A stretch of 64,000 nt of DNA from Felis catus (lineage: Eukaryota): NCBI RefSeq assembly GCF_018350175.1, contig NC_058373.1, positions 111,104,001-111,168,000 of the forward strand. Direction: 5' to 3'. Both the position numbers and the translations under genes were made by a program. Positions 12,091 through 23,360 of this stretch are shown here, piece after piece. The first letter of the stretch is position 1; each line of letters opens with the position of its first letter. A model generated the notes under the pieces. That model made no database searches and was not told where the DNA came from. It was given only the letters and a program-made list of their open reading frames with translations.

Positions 12091-15000
12091 TGCACGCTGG
12101 TGATCTTGGATGTGAGACTTCGTGCCATCTGCTGTACTTGTGTATGGCTTGAGCTGATAGGACAAAGGTGGTGACAGAAGCCTAGGACTTCAGCTCCAGA
12201 GTCAGAGCAGGCTAGATGTCATAGTCTTCTCAAGGGGAGGGCCAGGGGGGAACCTGGGACTGTAGGGGGCTCTGCCCCCGAGGTGTGCAGACTAAGTGCC
12301 TGGCAGGAAGGTGGGGAGGGTCCTGCAAGTGGCACCCCCAGAGGGGTATGACAATGGTATGATGGAATGGGTACCCAGGAGAGCTATGCTGTGCTCCCGG
12401 GAAGGCTGACGCTTTGCTGGCTCATCCACTCAAGTCCTCCCCTCCCTCTTGGGAGCAGTGGTGGCCATGGTCTGGATGCCAAGCTAGCCAGTGAATGTGG
12501 TGGAATGTGAAGGGTGATCCTGTCCCCGCAGAGTGGAGGCTCTGGCCCACCTTCCCTTCACCCAAAGCCTCTGCTGGGCTCTTGTGGGGAGGGAGGAAGG
12601 GGAGCACACCAGAGCTTGGGAAGCGATGGCCTGGCCCTGTTCCTTGTCCCGCCACATGCCAACTTTCTCATCGAGGGCCCAGCTTCAGAACTTTTTTGGT
12701 ATCCATGTGCTTGAGTCTGGTTTCTACCTCCTCTGAGCTTTCTGCAGGTAGGGCCCAGGCTTCATTAGCTGCCTGAGTCTCCCCAGTGCCTGGCACAGTG
12801 CTGGGCTGAGGATATGGGCTGCTCAAACACCTGTGGGTTGAACTCAGGTAGAGGCAACCCCGGAAGTGACCTAAAAGTGTGCAGAAATGAACGTACACTG
12901 GGAGGCTGGAGACCCTTGGCATGCACTCATTTGTGTATTTGTAGTGTACCCAGTGACAGACCAGGCACTGTGATAGGGGTGCAGCGGCGAGCATTAAGAC
13001 CAGTCCCTGGCCTCGTGGGAGCCCCCAGTTGGAAATGCCTAAGTGTTCACAGCCCCGGACTCATTTCCTGCAGGGAAACCTAGTCAAGCTGTTTGAACCA
13101 GAGTTCCTCTAGCTGAAGTCTCCCGCTGGCTTTGTGGTAGGTATTTGCTGTGGACGTGACATTCCTTCTTTCAGCTGGCTGGCCTTGCCGTGGCCTTTGG
13201 CCTAAAGCCATCGGCCACTGTCCTTTAGCCCCAGATCTGCCCCTGCCACCTCCGAGCTGTTGATGGCACCGGGAGATAAGAAACAATGAAGCTCTCAAGC
13301 ATGTGCGTGGGAGCCACACTGCCAGCTGGACTCCTCCAGCTGGTGAGGAGTGAGGGTGTGGGCGGCAGCTCTGCACGCCCATTTGGTTATTTCTTGAACC
13401 AGACTTTGCACGGCTCATTGGGCCCTTGCAGGAGCCAGCTTATGGAGTATGTACCTTTCTCTACTGGCCTGCTATGGTAGCCGTCAGCTTTCTGGTTTTC
13501 TTGGTGGGAGGCTCAAACTCTTAACCATGTTCGGCACTGGGGTAGAAGGTTCTGGCACAGATTTCTCAACATTGGATCCTTGATTCTTCCCCCCTCCCCT
13601 GCCCACGGCCTTTAATTTACTGGGAAAAATTAATAGACACTGTGCTGGACAATTTTGCCCAGAGAAGGCTCTATAGGTATGAAAGGACCCCACTTCTACC
13701 ATGGACATCAGAGGAAAACAATCCTAAATGGGGCCTGGCAGTCAGAACAGGCCTGCTGGTGCAGCTGGCATCCAGCACAGGGCACAGGAGGGAGCCTGCC
13801 CAGCTGGTTGTGAACTGTCCAGGGCCACCTGTTGGGCTCTTTTCTAGACACGCCCATCCTGCTGGGTGTGTGTGTGTGTGCACAAGGTATACACGTGTCA
13901 GCCAGCGTGAGCTGGAGCCCGTGGGCCCTGGGGTCTAGTCGTCAGACCACATGGAGCCAACAGGCTAGGCTGTGCCCGCCTCACCCCTCCAGGCAGCTCT
14001 GCTCATGGTGCCCCGGGAGGGAAGGCTGAAAAACAAGGGCTCAACCACTATCGTAACCAGGCCCTGGCAGGAAACATCCAGCAGTCACAAGATGGGCTTT
14101 TGCAGTATCTCTGGGCGTGGCATGGTGTGGGCCAGCAGGCACTGCAGAAATCCAAATTAAAACCAGAATGGAGAACGGGGAGAAGTAACCGGTATGGTAA
14201 TGGTAAATGGTTCTGATCCAGCCAGCAAGGATATATTTCATTTCCCAAGTCCAGATTTTTTCCACAGGGAATACATCTGTGGTGTTGCTAGAGTTCCATC
14301 AGAACTCACCCCTTGGTATTCAACATGTATTTACTTCCTTTGAGGAATTTAAATTCCTTAAATTTAAGTAAGTAAATTTAAATTTACTTTCCTTTAAGGA
14401 TTTTAATGCGCTGAAAGATAGAATTTATTCACTCCGTATTTCAACAAAACGCAAACAGAAATGGTTGCTCAGCCCAGGACCTATGATGGCAGCCAGACCT
14501 AAGTACATCGGAGTACTCACCAAGCACCAGGCACAGTTCAAGGACTTTCACACTTAGGCCTTCACGCCTCACAATGGCACTTTGTGCCACTGCTGTCTTC
14601 ATGTTGTGCCTCAGGAAACCAGGGCAGTGTCACCCAGAGCCAATCCAGATGGGCAAGTTCAGAGCCTGTGGCCTAACCTAGCCAGTCAGGCGCTAGCCCT
14701 GAAGCTCCTCGGGCTTCCCGCCCCACCCTGACTGACCCTGATGAAGCAGTGACGACACTTAGCAGCTGGTGATGGTTTGCTGGGAGAGCCTCCAAAACTC
14801 AAGTGGGGGCCTGCCTGATGCCGTCACTCCGGTCCTGGGTACGGTTAAGCCTGCTTATCCAAACTTGTCCAGGAATAGGATATTTGGCCAATTTGACTTC
14901 TACCTCAGGAATTAACTAGAAAATATTTTTGTTGTTGTTGTCTGTCCCCTTCCCAAGGACAGCCCGGCGCTGTACGAATTAGTTCGTGCCTTAGTAAAAC

Positions 15001-15739
15001 CCCAGACGCTGAAGGACGTCTGTCTTTGCCTGTTCGTGATCCACGCTTCAGGACCCTTCAGAAGGGGCCCAGTTCTCACCATGGGTATTTGGTACGGCCG
15101 ATGTAGAGGTTGGCAAACTCCCGCTCCCTACCCAGGTTTCCTCCTCAGGCTAGAGAAACTGTTTTGAACAAAGAAAGGCTCTAGTTTCGTGTTCCCGGAG
15201 GCTGTCCAGAACGGAGCCTGGCAAACAGTCCTGAGACACTGCCTTGCTCTGGCTGGCCTGTAGACCTGCCCGGCAACCAGAGAGGCGGCCGCCAGCGTGT
15301 GGCATAAAAACGGGTGTGGCCCCGTGCCATCGCCTTTGCTCGGGGTTTCAAAAGTGGGTGGCTAGACAGCCCTCAGCCGGCCCTCAAGAGTGTAGAGCCC
15401 CAGTGGGACAAGGGCAACATCATCAAGGCAGTCCTGTCAGGTGGATGGCTCCCCAAACCCCTCTTCCTTCCCCCCGCTTTTCTCCCAAGTGCAGTCTTAA
15501 AAAGAGCCTGGCCTCACACCCACTTGGCTAATTCAGCTCGGCTGTGCCTCTTTCCTCAACAGCTTCTTTTCGTTCTCTGCGTTATTTTGCTTTTGGGAGT
15601 CAAACCTTGTAAGGACAGGGCACATCTGGGGGGGGGGGGACACCAAGATACCCACCCTCATGTACTCCAGGGGAGGCTGACCGCAGGAGATAATGACCAC
15701 CAGCACCTGAGTGCTCCTGTGGACCCGAGGTCAAGCACA

Positions 15740-15920
15740 TCAGAAGCATTCTTTCATTTAACCCTCACGGCCACCTTGTGAGGGTAGCACTATTATTCTC
15801 CTCACTTCATGGATGAGGACACTGAGGCTGGGAGAAGGGACTCCCCGGAGACTACCAGCGACGGACAGAGCCAGGATTTTGAACTCAGGCAGTCTGCCTT
15901 CAGAACCCAAGCATAAAGTA
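15740..15920. mobile_element. MIR
   Basis: tattattctcctcacttcatggatgaggacactgaggct core. Similar MIRs near 10280, 21120, 24760, 48640, 50010, 50620 and 62310. Confidence 0.7.
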
Positions 15921-16100
15921 CTCTCTTATTAGAAACAGAATTCTGCTTTCTTCAGCCAGGGTCAGAGCTCCACTCCGATCATCTACTTAGTCTCGTTCTT
16001 CAAACCTCTCCCAGCTAAGATGATAACTCTGCGAGCTGAGGTAATTCTTTGCTAAAGTCACAACTACTCTACATATGGGATTAGCATACCAAGAACTTTG

Positions 16101-16313
16101 AGGGAGCGCCTCGGTGGCTCAGTTGGTTGAGCGTCCGACTTTGGCTCAGGTCATGATCTCACGGTTTGTGAGTTTGAGCCCCACATCGGGTTCTCTGCTG
16201 TCAGCACAGAGCCCGCTTCAGATCCTCTGTCCCTCTCTCTGTCTACCCCTCCCCCATTCGCGTTCTCTCTCTCTCTCTCTCAAACATAAATGAAAACATT
16301 AAAAAAAAAAAAA
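16101..16313 (+). mobile_element. Can-SINE
   Basis: Full length, TSD aagaactttga/aagaattttaa. Confidence 0.95.
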
Positions 16314-18019
16314 AGAATTTTAAAAACTGGGCCATTTAAAAAAATAACCCTTGCACTCAGGGCAATCGTAAAGGTAAGAAAAAATCAAGCTTACCATTGC
16401 AAAAGAACAAGGGGTGGCTTTCAACAGGACCCTCGGTGAAGCCACCTGCTGCAGTGACCAGGCAGGTCACCAGGTTCTCTGGCTTTGTGCGGGCCCGCCA
16501 GAGCACCATGATTCGCTGTGAAAGCAACCCGTGGTCAAACGTCGGTGTCCTGGGGGGGTACATACACTGGCTTCCTAGACAGACCAGAAGAAACTTGGCT
16601 GGGACTTTGGTTCATCCCCTGTAGCGAGCAGCTTGGGTCTCTTACCTTGCTTTCCTTTCCAGGCAGCTGCTCCCAGCGGCACCGGCTTTCCTCCACCACT
16701 TGCCAGTCTGCTCGGCATGTCAAGTCAGTTGGATCAAATTTTCCCCGGAACCAGCTATCCGTTGTGGCCCTTTTCTTCCAACTGGTTTACTGAAATTTTG
16801 AGAAGCCTAAAACTCAACTTCTTTGAAAGCCAGGCTCTCAGGGACATCACCTATCGTCATGCTGGCTCGACTGGTCTTCGACCTGTTCCTCACCTCCTAG
16901 GAGCCCAGCTGCACATTCCCTCCATGTCGGGACCACATTTTCCTTCACCTGCAGCTTGCTTCTAAGGCCCACCCTGACCAAGCTAGCTGTGTCTGAGATT
17001 TATAATTAAGGCCGGACATATAAAGAGATATGGTAAAGGGCAGTAAAAAAGAGGAAGGCATCCTAACTTAAGAGGGCTTACTACCCTCTTCAGCCTTATC
17101 ACTCGACTTTGTTCCCATTTTCTTATTCTTGTCTCTTTCCTATCTTAGAAAGGGGTGCCTTTAATAAATGGGATGTTGTTCTCCCAGTATCCTTGGTTTC
17201 CTAATTGCGATCATGGTTTTGGGGGCTTGGTTTGGTCATGTTCCAAACTGCCTGTTGTAGAAACACAGCCTACGTTGTCAACTCCCATTAACTAAAAAGA
17301 GATACTCTGAGTTTGACATCTGGTTGACAGAAGCCCCAGCATTACCATTCTAAAGAGAGGGACAAATCGAAGAACTGATTTAACTTCACTCCCTCCCTTG
17401 GTCTAGGAATAGCAGTATTTCTTGTCAGCCAGACAGGAAAACCAAAGCTGAGCTGTGTTCTGGCCATAAAGTCTCCTCCTTTCGAGGTCAAACGAGTTGA
17501 GGCCAGTGTTGGTCCCTAGGCCGAGTAGAGCTAACTCAGTGCTGTTGAAGCCTCCTTTACCACTAGTGCTTGGCAGCTCTGCTGCCTCCTCTTACTGTGG
17601 TGGAACTCTCTAGAAACTCAAAGGACCTGGAGAACACCAGTCACTTCCGAACTGGGCATTCATTACCAGGAGAAACCCAAACACACAGCTCTGGGCTACC
17701 AATTCCCCAAGGGTCATTTATTTAGCAGGAGCTGTATCTAGAAATGTTGCCCTGGTTAACCCCATCCCTGTTGGAACTAAAAAAGCTTCTATCCAATGAG
17801 CAAAGTCACCACCACTGGTTTACCCACTCCCTGGCCGGCCCAGCGGAGCTGAGCCCTGAGAACAAAAAGGGGGGTGCTCTGGCTTAGAGGAGCTCCTCAT
17901 TCTGCAAGCCCACGTAAGTGACCTCTGCTTCTCTCTCAGGTTTCCCCCCATGGCCTCCAGAGGGCTCTTTCCTTAACCGTCTTGGCCTCTACAAGGGCAA
18001 GAAGACACCACCACCAAGA

Positions 18020-19354
18020 AGGATAAAATAAGTTTTTATTTATAGTCTTATAGTAAAGGGGAAAGCCTTAACTTGCAAGACAATTCTTGGGCAGTATGTA
18101 CAACATACTTTTTATTTCCATGGAATGGAATCAAACACGGACTGAGACTACAGAGTACACACTAGAAATCAGCAAATGCCAGGAACGGAGTAGGAAAAAG
18201 ACAAAGAAATGAGGCCTAAACACACAAAACCCTTCACTGGGATCTGCTGACCGCAGCCAGGACCAGGGCTGGATCACACAATGGGAACGGGGTCCAGGAC
18301 AGCTGGAACAGGAAGGGNNNNNNNNNNNNNNNNNNNNNNNNNNNNNNNNNNNNNNNNNNNNNNNNNNNNNNNNNNNNNNNNNNNNNNNNNNNNNNNNNNN
18401 NNNNNNNNNNNNNNNNNNNNNNNNNNNNNNNNNNNNNNNNNNNNNNNNNNNNNNNNNNNNNNNNNNNNNNNNNNNNNNNNNNNNNNNNNGAAATAGGGAC
18501 AATTCACTCAGATTCAAATTTCAGTAGCAGGAAATAAATATCAAAACATCATCACTGGCCCTCAATACAAAACCTCTACCCGACCCAATCCTCCCTCCTT
18601 GTCCCACCCCCTACCACCCCCTGGCGACTACCACTTCACTGCTGCCCGCTGTCCCCACACATACCACACGAGTGTCACGCAGCCCTCCCTAAGGTTGGCT
18701 GGGAGAAGCAGGAGTGAAACAGGCCAAAGACTCTGTGCTGCAAATCTGTCCCCACTTGTATTTATACCACAAACTTCTTCAAGGATCTGGCCTTTCAATA
18801 GGAGCGATAAATAGCTTTTTAGAAAAAAACAAAAACAAAAACTTAAAAAGAAGGGGGATTAATTCTGATTACTCCAAACTGGTCATCTTCTTAAAGTAGA
18901 GCAGTCCACAGATTCACAAAGTCTATCAAACGGAGGTGAGGGTGGCCTGGGAGGAAAGGCCTGGGAGGGGCAGGAGTCCTCCGGGCATGTGCCCGGCGGG
19001 GCTGGAGGAGCTGGTGGGTGGTCAGGACACCATGTGCTCAGAGGTCCGGCCGGCCGTCTGTCCTCCACAGAAAAAGCTGCCAAGTTGGGGTATTTTGGTT
19101 TAAAAATTCCTGGTGGGGACAGGGAATCCCTGAAGGGAAACATTANNNNNNNNNNNNNNNNNNNNNNNNNNNNNNNNNNNNNNNNNNNNNNNNNNNNNNN
19201 NNNNNNNNNNNNNNNNNNNNNNNNNNNNNNNNNNNNNNNNNNNNNNNNNNNNNNNNNNNNNNNNNNNNNNNNNNNNNNNNNNNNNNNNNACTGAAAGGAG
19301 GATGGGACGATGGAGGAGACAGACAGTTTGTATTGCTGGCCTGCCCCGCGGAGC
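18020..19354 (-). other. MAX: MAX 3' UTR (partly under N blocks 18318-18489 and 19146-19289)
   Basis: Lies between the TAA stop and two AATAAA signals. Confidence 0.85.
18035..18116 (-). terminator. MAX: Tandem MAX poly(A) signals
   Basis: AATAAA on the - strand (tttatt) at 18111-18116 and 18035-18040. Confidence 0.8.
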
Positions 19355-19542
19355 TTAGCTGGCCTCCATCCGGAGCTTCTTCCTGCTTTGGGGCTCTTCG
19401 GGCTCCGACTCCGAGCNNNNNNNNNNNNNNNNNNNNNNNNNNNNNNNNNNNNNNNNNNNNNNNNNNNNNNNNNNNNNNNNNNNNNNNNNNNNNNNNNNNN
19501 NNNNNNNNNNNNNNNNNNNNNNNNNNNNNNNNNNNNNNNNNN
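19355..19542 (-). CDS. MAX: MAX exon 5 coding part (5' portion under N)
   Basis: 19355-19416 reads SESEPEEPQSRKKLRMEAS* (TAA 19355-19357). The 19542 boundary is inferred from the 188-nt coding length of a 160-aa MAX and falls in N block 19417-19556. Confidence 0.9.
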
Positions 19543-20810
19543 NNNNNNNNNNNNNNAGCGAGCGGGTTACAGCCTTCTGGAGACTAGGGAAGCAACCGAG
19601 TCTCAGCTCAGGGTCCAGCCTGTTCTTCCGATGGGCTTGCTGGCCCCCGAGGCTCAGGGTGGCTCAGAAGTAACTGCCTTCTGGTGCCTGTTCCACCCAC
19701 ACACTTCATTTCCTTCCTCCTTTCCCAGCCAGACCTGGGGGGCCAGTGGACATGGCCAGCCACTCTGCAATGCCTCCCAACCCTAAAGAGAAGGCTTGTG
19801 ATGTCACCATCCTGCCATGGAAGTCGACTGTAGAGACAGGAGCATACGCTCCCTGTGGGACCCAGCAGCACAATGACAGAGAAGATGGCCTGGCGATGCC
19901 AGGCTCCACAAGGGTGTGAAGGCCACACAACAGCAGGGAAGGATGACATAAGATGTCGGCCAAAGAAAAGTTCTGGCTTAGCTCTCTCGTACAAGATCCA
20001 CTTGGAAAGACAAGCTGGACACTTGGAAGCAAGTCGCCAATGCACACAGCATACCTGGGCCTCTCGACACACAGCCCCTCCATGCAGGCTGCGTGGCCCA
20101 GTAACCAACCCGATACTGCCCCCCACTGCCCATCCCTCGGGGTTCAGCTCATCTTGAGCCTGNNNNNNNNNNNNNNNNNNNNNNNNNNNNNNNNNNNNNN
20201 NNNNNNNNNNNNNNNNNNNNNNNNNNNNNNNNNNNNNNNNNNNNNNNNNNNNNNNNNNNNNNNNNNNNNNNNNNNNNNNNNNNNNNNNNNNNNNNNNNNN
20301 NNNNNNNNNNNNNNNNNNNNNNNNNNNNNNNNNNNNNNNNNNNNNNNNNNNNNNNNNNNNNNNNGGAGAACAGCATGGGCCTGGCCCATAGGCTGCCCTG
20401 ATTGGACTACCATTGACAACGGGGAGGGCTCACTGTCCCTGAAAACCTGGAGTTTCTGGTACTTACAAAGCACACTCCAATCCAAGGACCTCAAAGCTCT
20501 TTTGAGACACCTGATGCCAGGTGTGACCCCTACCGCAGGCAGAGCACCTGAGCCCCAAGAAGGGGAGAGATCAGGTCAGAAAAAATGTCTCCAAATGTCC
20601 AACCCCTAGACTCCACTGTTCCCTCACTGGCGGCTCAGGTCCTTCCTCAGGATGGTTCTAACACTCAACTATTCAGGCCCAAGAAGCAGGGCTGCCGCTG
20701 CTTATGAGCACGCGCTCCGTGACTGGTTCTGACTCTGCAGGCCCAGGTGCGAAGCCCCGACCTGGCCGGAGCACAGCAGGGCCGGCTGCCCCACCGGCTC
20801 CCGTGCTCAC

Positions 20811-20934
20811 CTTGCTGCTCCAGGAGAGCATTCTGCCGCTTGAGGTCATCGATATCTTGCTGGTGTGTGTGGTTTTTCCTTCGCATATACTGGATATACT
20901 CTGTGGCTTTGTCTAGGATTTGGGCCCGGGATGC
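20811..20934 (-). CDS. MAX: MAX exon 4 (helix 2 / leucine zipper), 124 nt
   Basis: [41 protein letters not shown]. Acceptor ttttttcatattgcaacAG, donor CAAG|GTGAGC. Confidence 0.98.
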
Positions 20935-22823
20935 CTGTTGCAATATGAAAAAAAGCAAAGGGGACAAAATAAAGACCTAGTCCAAGCGGTGAGGAAACCA
21001 TGCCTTTCTGCCACAGCAACACGGGGGAATGGAAGCAGGAGGGTGAGGTGGGACAAGGCTGAGGAAACACAGGAATCGCTGCTAAGAGCCTTCTTTGTGC
21101 CAGTCAAGGCGTCGAGTGCTTTATGCAACAGCACTCTCTGAGAGGCGGCTCCACCAGGGACCCGAGGCTCAGAGAAGTTTACTCGGTTAGCCAAAGTCAA
21201 CAGCTAGATAGTGGCAGAGCCTGGATTCAAACTCGGATCCATCTGACTCCTGAATCTGTACTCCCCCCATCCCCTTTGGTTCTTTAGATTGCTTTCAACT
21301 TTCGGCCTGGCCATGTCTGAAAACATTGAACTACTACTTAGCCGAGAGCTTAGGCTACTCACTCTCTGCTAAGGTGTGACTACGGGCAGCTGGTCCAGTG
21401 AGACAAGAGCAAGATCTCGGTGGGAGCCAGCTGGGAGTTGGAGGAGGCTCAAAATTTTCCCCCAAGGTCCCTAGATTTCAGACAAACCCTGACTGTGTTA
21501 CCTATTTCCAACTGAGCTGTGCTGCTGTGTCACCATTTCAGCCTTCCTGGCTAAAGAGGCTTTTGTGAAAGCTGTCAGAGCTTGATGTCAACACAGGAAG
21601 GGCATGAGATTGGGCCAGTTCAGGAAGCAACCACACCTTTACCACAGCCGTGGGCAGCCTAGGCACTGCCCTGTTAGAGGAACAAGTTGATAAGCCATTA
21701 AAATGGATGTCAGGTTACTCTGCCCCTGAAGGCCAAACATGCCTGGAAGATTCCCTCCAGGTTGCAAGCATGGCCAGAGTTACTCACGGCCAAGCAGCCA
21801 ACTAGCCAAACAGGTAGAATGGTACAAAGCCAAGAGGACTGATGCCCAAGGCAGGGCAGTCTAGAAGTTGAGTGTGGCATTCAGGCCACCGAGGCTTCTG
21901 AGGAGTAGCAAAATTTCTTACTCGGGGTAGGGCAGTACTCGACAATTCTGTGTTACAATCCTGGCGGAACACAACAGGGGGTAAAAGGCAGAGAAAACAT
22001 CCACACTCAGGACAGCAAAACTAAATCCACTTGTATTAAATCCTGACAATCTCAATTTATATACCTCGGGCTGGGCTGGGCATCAGAGAAGTTTGCAAGG
22101 CCTGGATTTATTCACCAGTCCTCACAAGTACTAGAATTTCCAGGCTTTCCTCTTATAGCATGCTTAAGGCAATTTCCTCAAAAGGAAATTGTTCATATTC
22201 AACCATTTTTATCCGGTGCAAATTATATGCAAGGAACTGAGCAGACACTGTGGGGAAACAAAATGTATTAGTCATGACTTCTTTAGCCCAGAAGCTTACT
22301 TACTATCTAGCTGAGGAGATAAATATATCTATACACAGACAAACCACAGGGCAGCACCAACAACTGTAACTTGAGTAGCACAGATTAGAAAGGCCATGGG
22401 AAAGATGGCTTCTGGCTGGGGTGATTACCTACTGTGTGCCAGGCATGGGCCTCGGCCTCTGTGTGTGCGCAGGCATACACGTGCGCGCTCCCATCTGAAA
22501 CAGTGAAGCCTGGTCTAACCCAGGGTGACATCTGTGGGAACGGGTCACTCTGGGCAGGGAGAACAGCACGGCATAGGCATGAGAGTGGAGACTGAGCCAG
22601 GTGTGCTTCTTGAATAGGGCACCTTCTGTAGGAAGAATGAGAGTACCGTGCCACCGGGGCTTGCAACTCTGGCTGCAAGGCTACTTCAGTTGCTGTTCCC
22701 CATTTCTGCTGAAGGGGACTTATTAGGTCTAATTATTAGGGGATAAAATGAAAAAAAAAGGGGGGCACATAATTAGAAAGGAGTAATGAAAATACTCTGC
22801 TTCTCTAGATACTACAGAAGGAA

Positions 22824-23023
22824 TTTTTTTTTTTAATGTTTATTTTTGAGAGAGAGAGACAGAGTGCAAGTGGGAGAGGGGCAGAGAGAGGGAGACACAA
22901 AGCAGGCTCCCGGCCACGAGCTGTCAGCACAGAGCCTGACATGGGGCTCGAACTCACGAGCTGCGAGATCATGACCTGAGCCGAAGGCAGACACTTAACC
23001 GACTAAAGCCACCCAGGTGCCCC
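22824..23023 (-). mobile_element. Can-SINE
   Basis: Full length. Confidence 0.95.
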
Positions 23024-23162
23024 TAGAGATGGAATTTAGAAGTAGCACCGTAGGAAAGGTGGCAGAGTGGCAAGGAAGAATTTAGGCATCCAGGAGACAG
23101 TTGCATTCTGGGCTCTGTCATTAATGCGCTCTGTGACTGCAGATATAATCTTTCTCTCTGTG

Positions 23163-23360
23163 GTTTTTTTAAAGCTTATTTATTTGAGAGAGAGAGAGCG
23201 TGAGCAGGGGAGGGGCAGAGAGACGGGGAGAGAATCCAAGCAGGCTCCATGCTGTCAGTGCAGTACCCGATGCGGGGCTCAATCCCAGGAACTGTGACAT
23301 CATGACCTGAACTGAAAGCAAGAGTCGGATGCTGAACCAACTGAACCACCCAGGCGCCCC
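23163..23360 (-). mobile_element. Can-SINE
   Basis: TSD tctctgtgg. Confidence 0.93.

Noticed and set aside
19018-20609. ORFs of 150-218 aa spanning N blocks
   Set aside because: Inflated by Ns; antisense to MAX intron 4 / exon 5.
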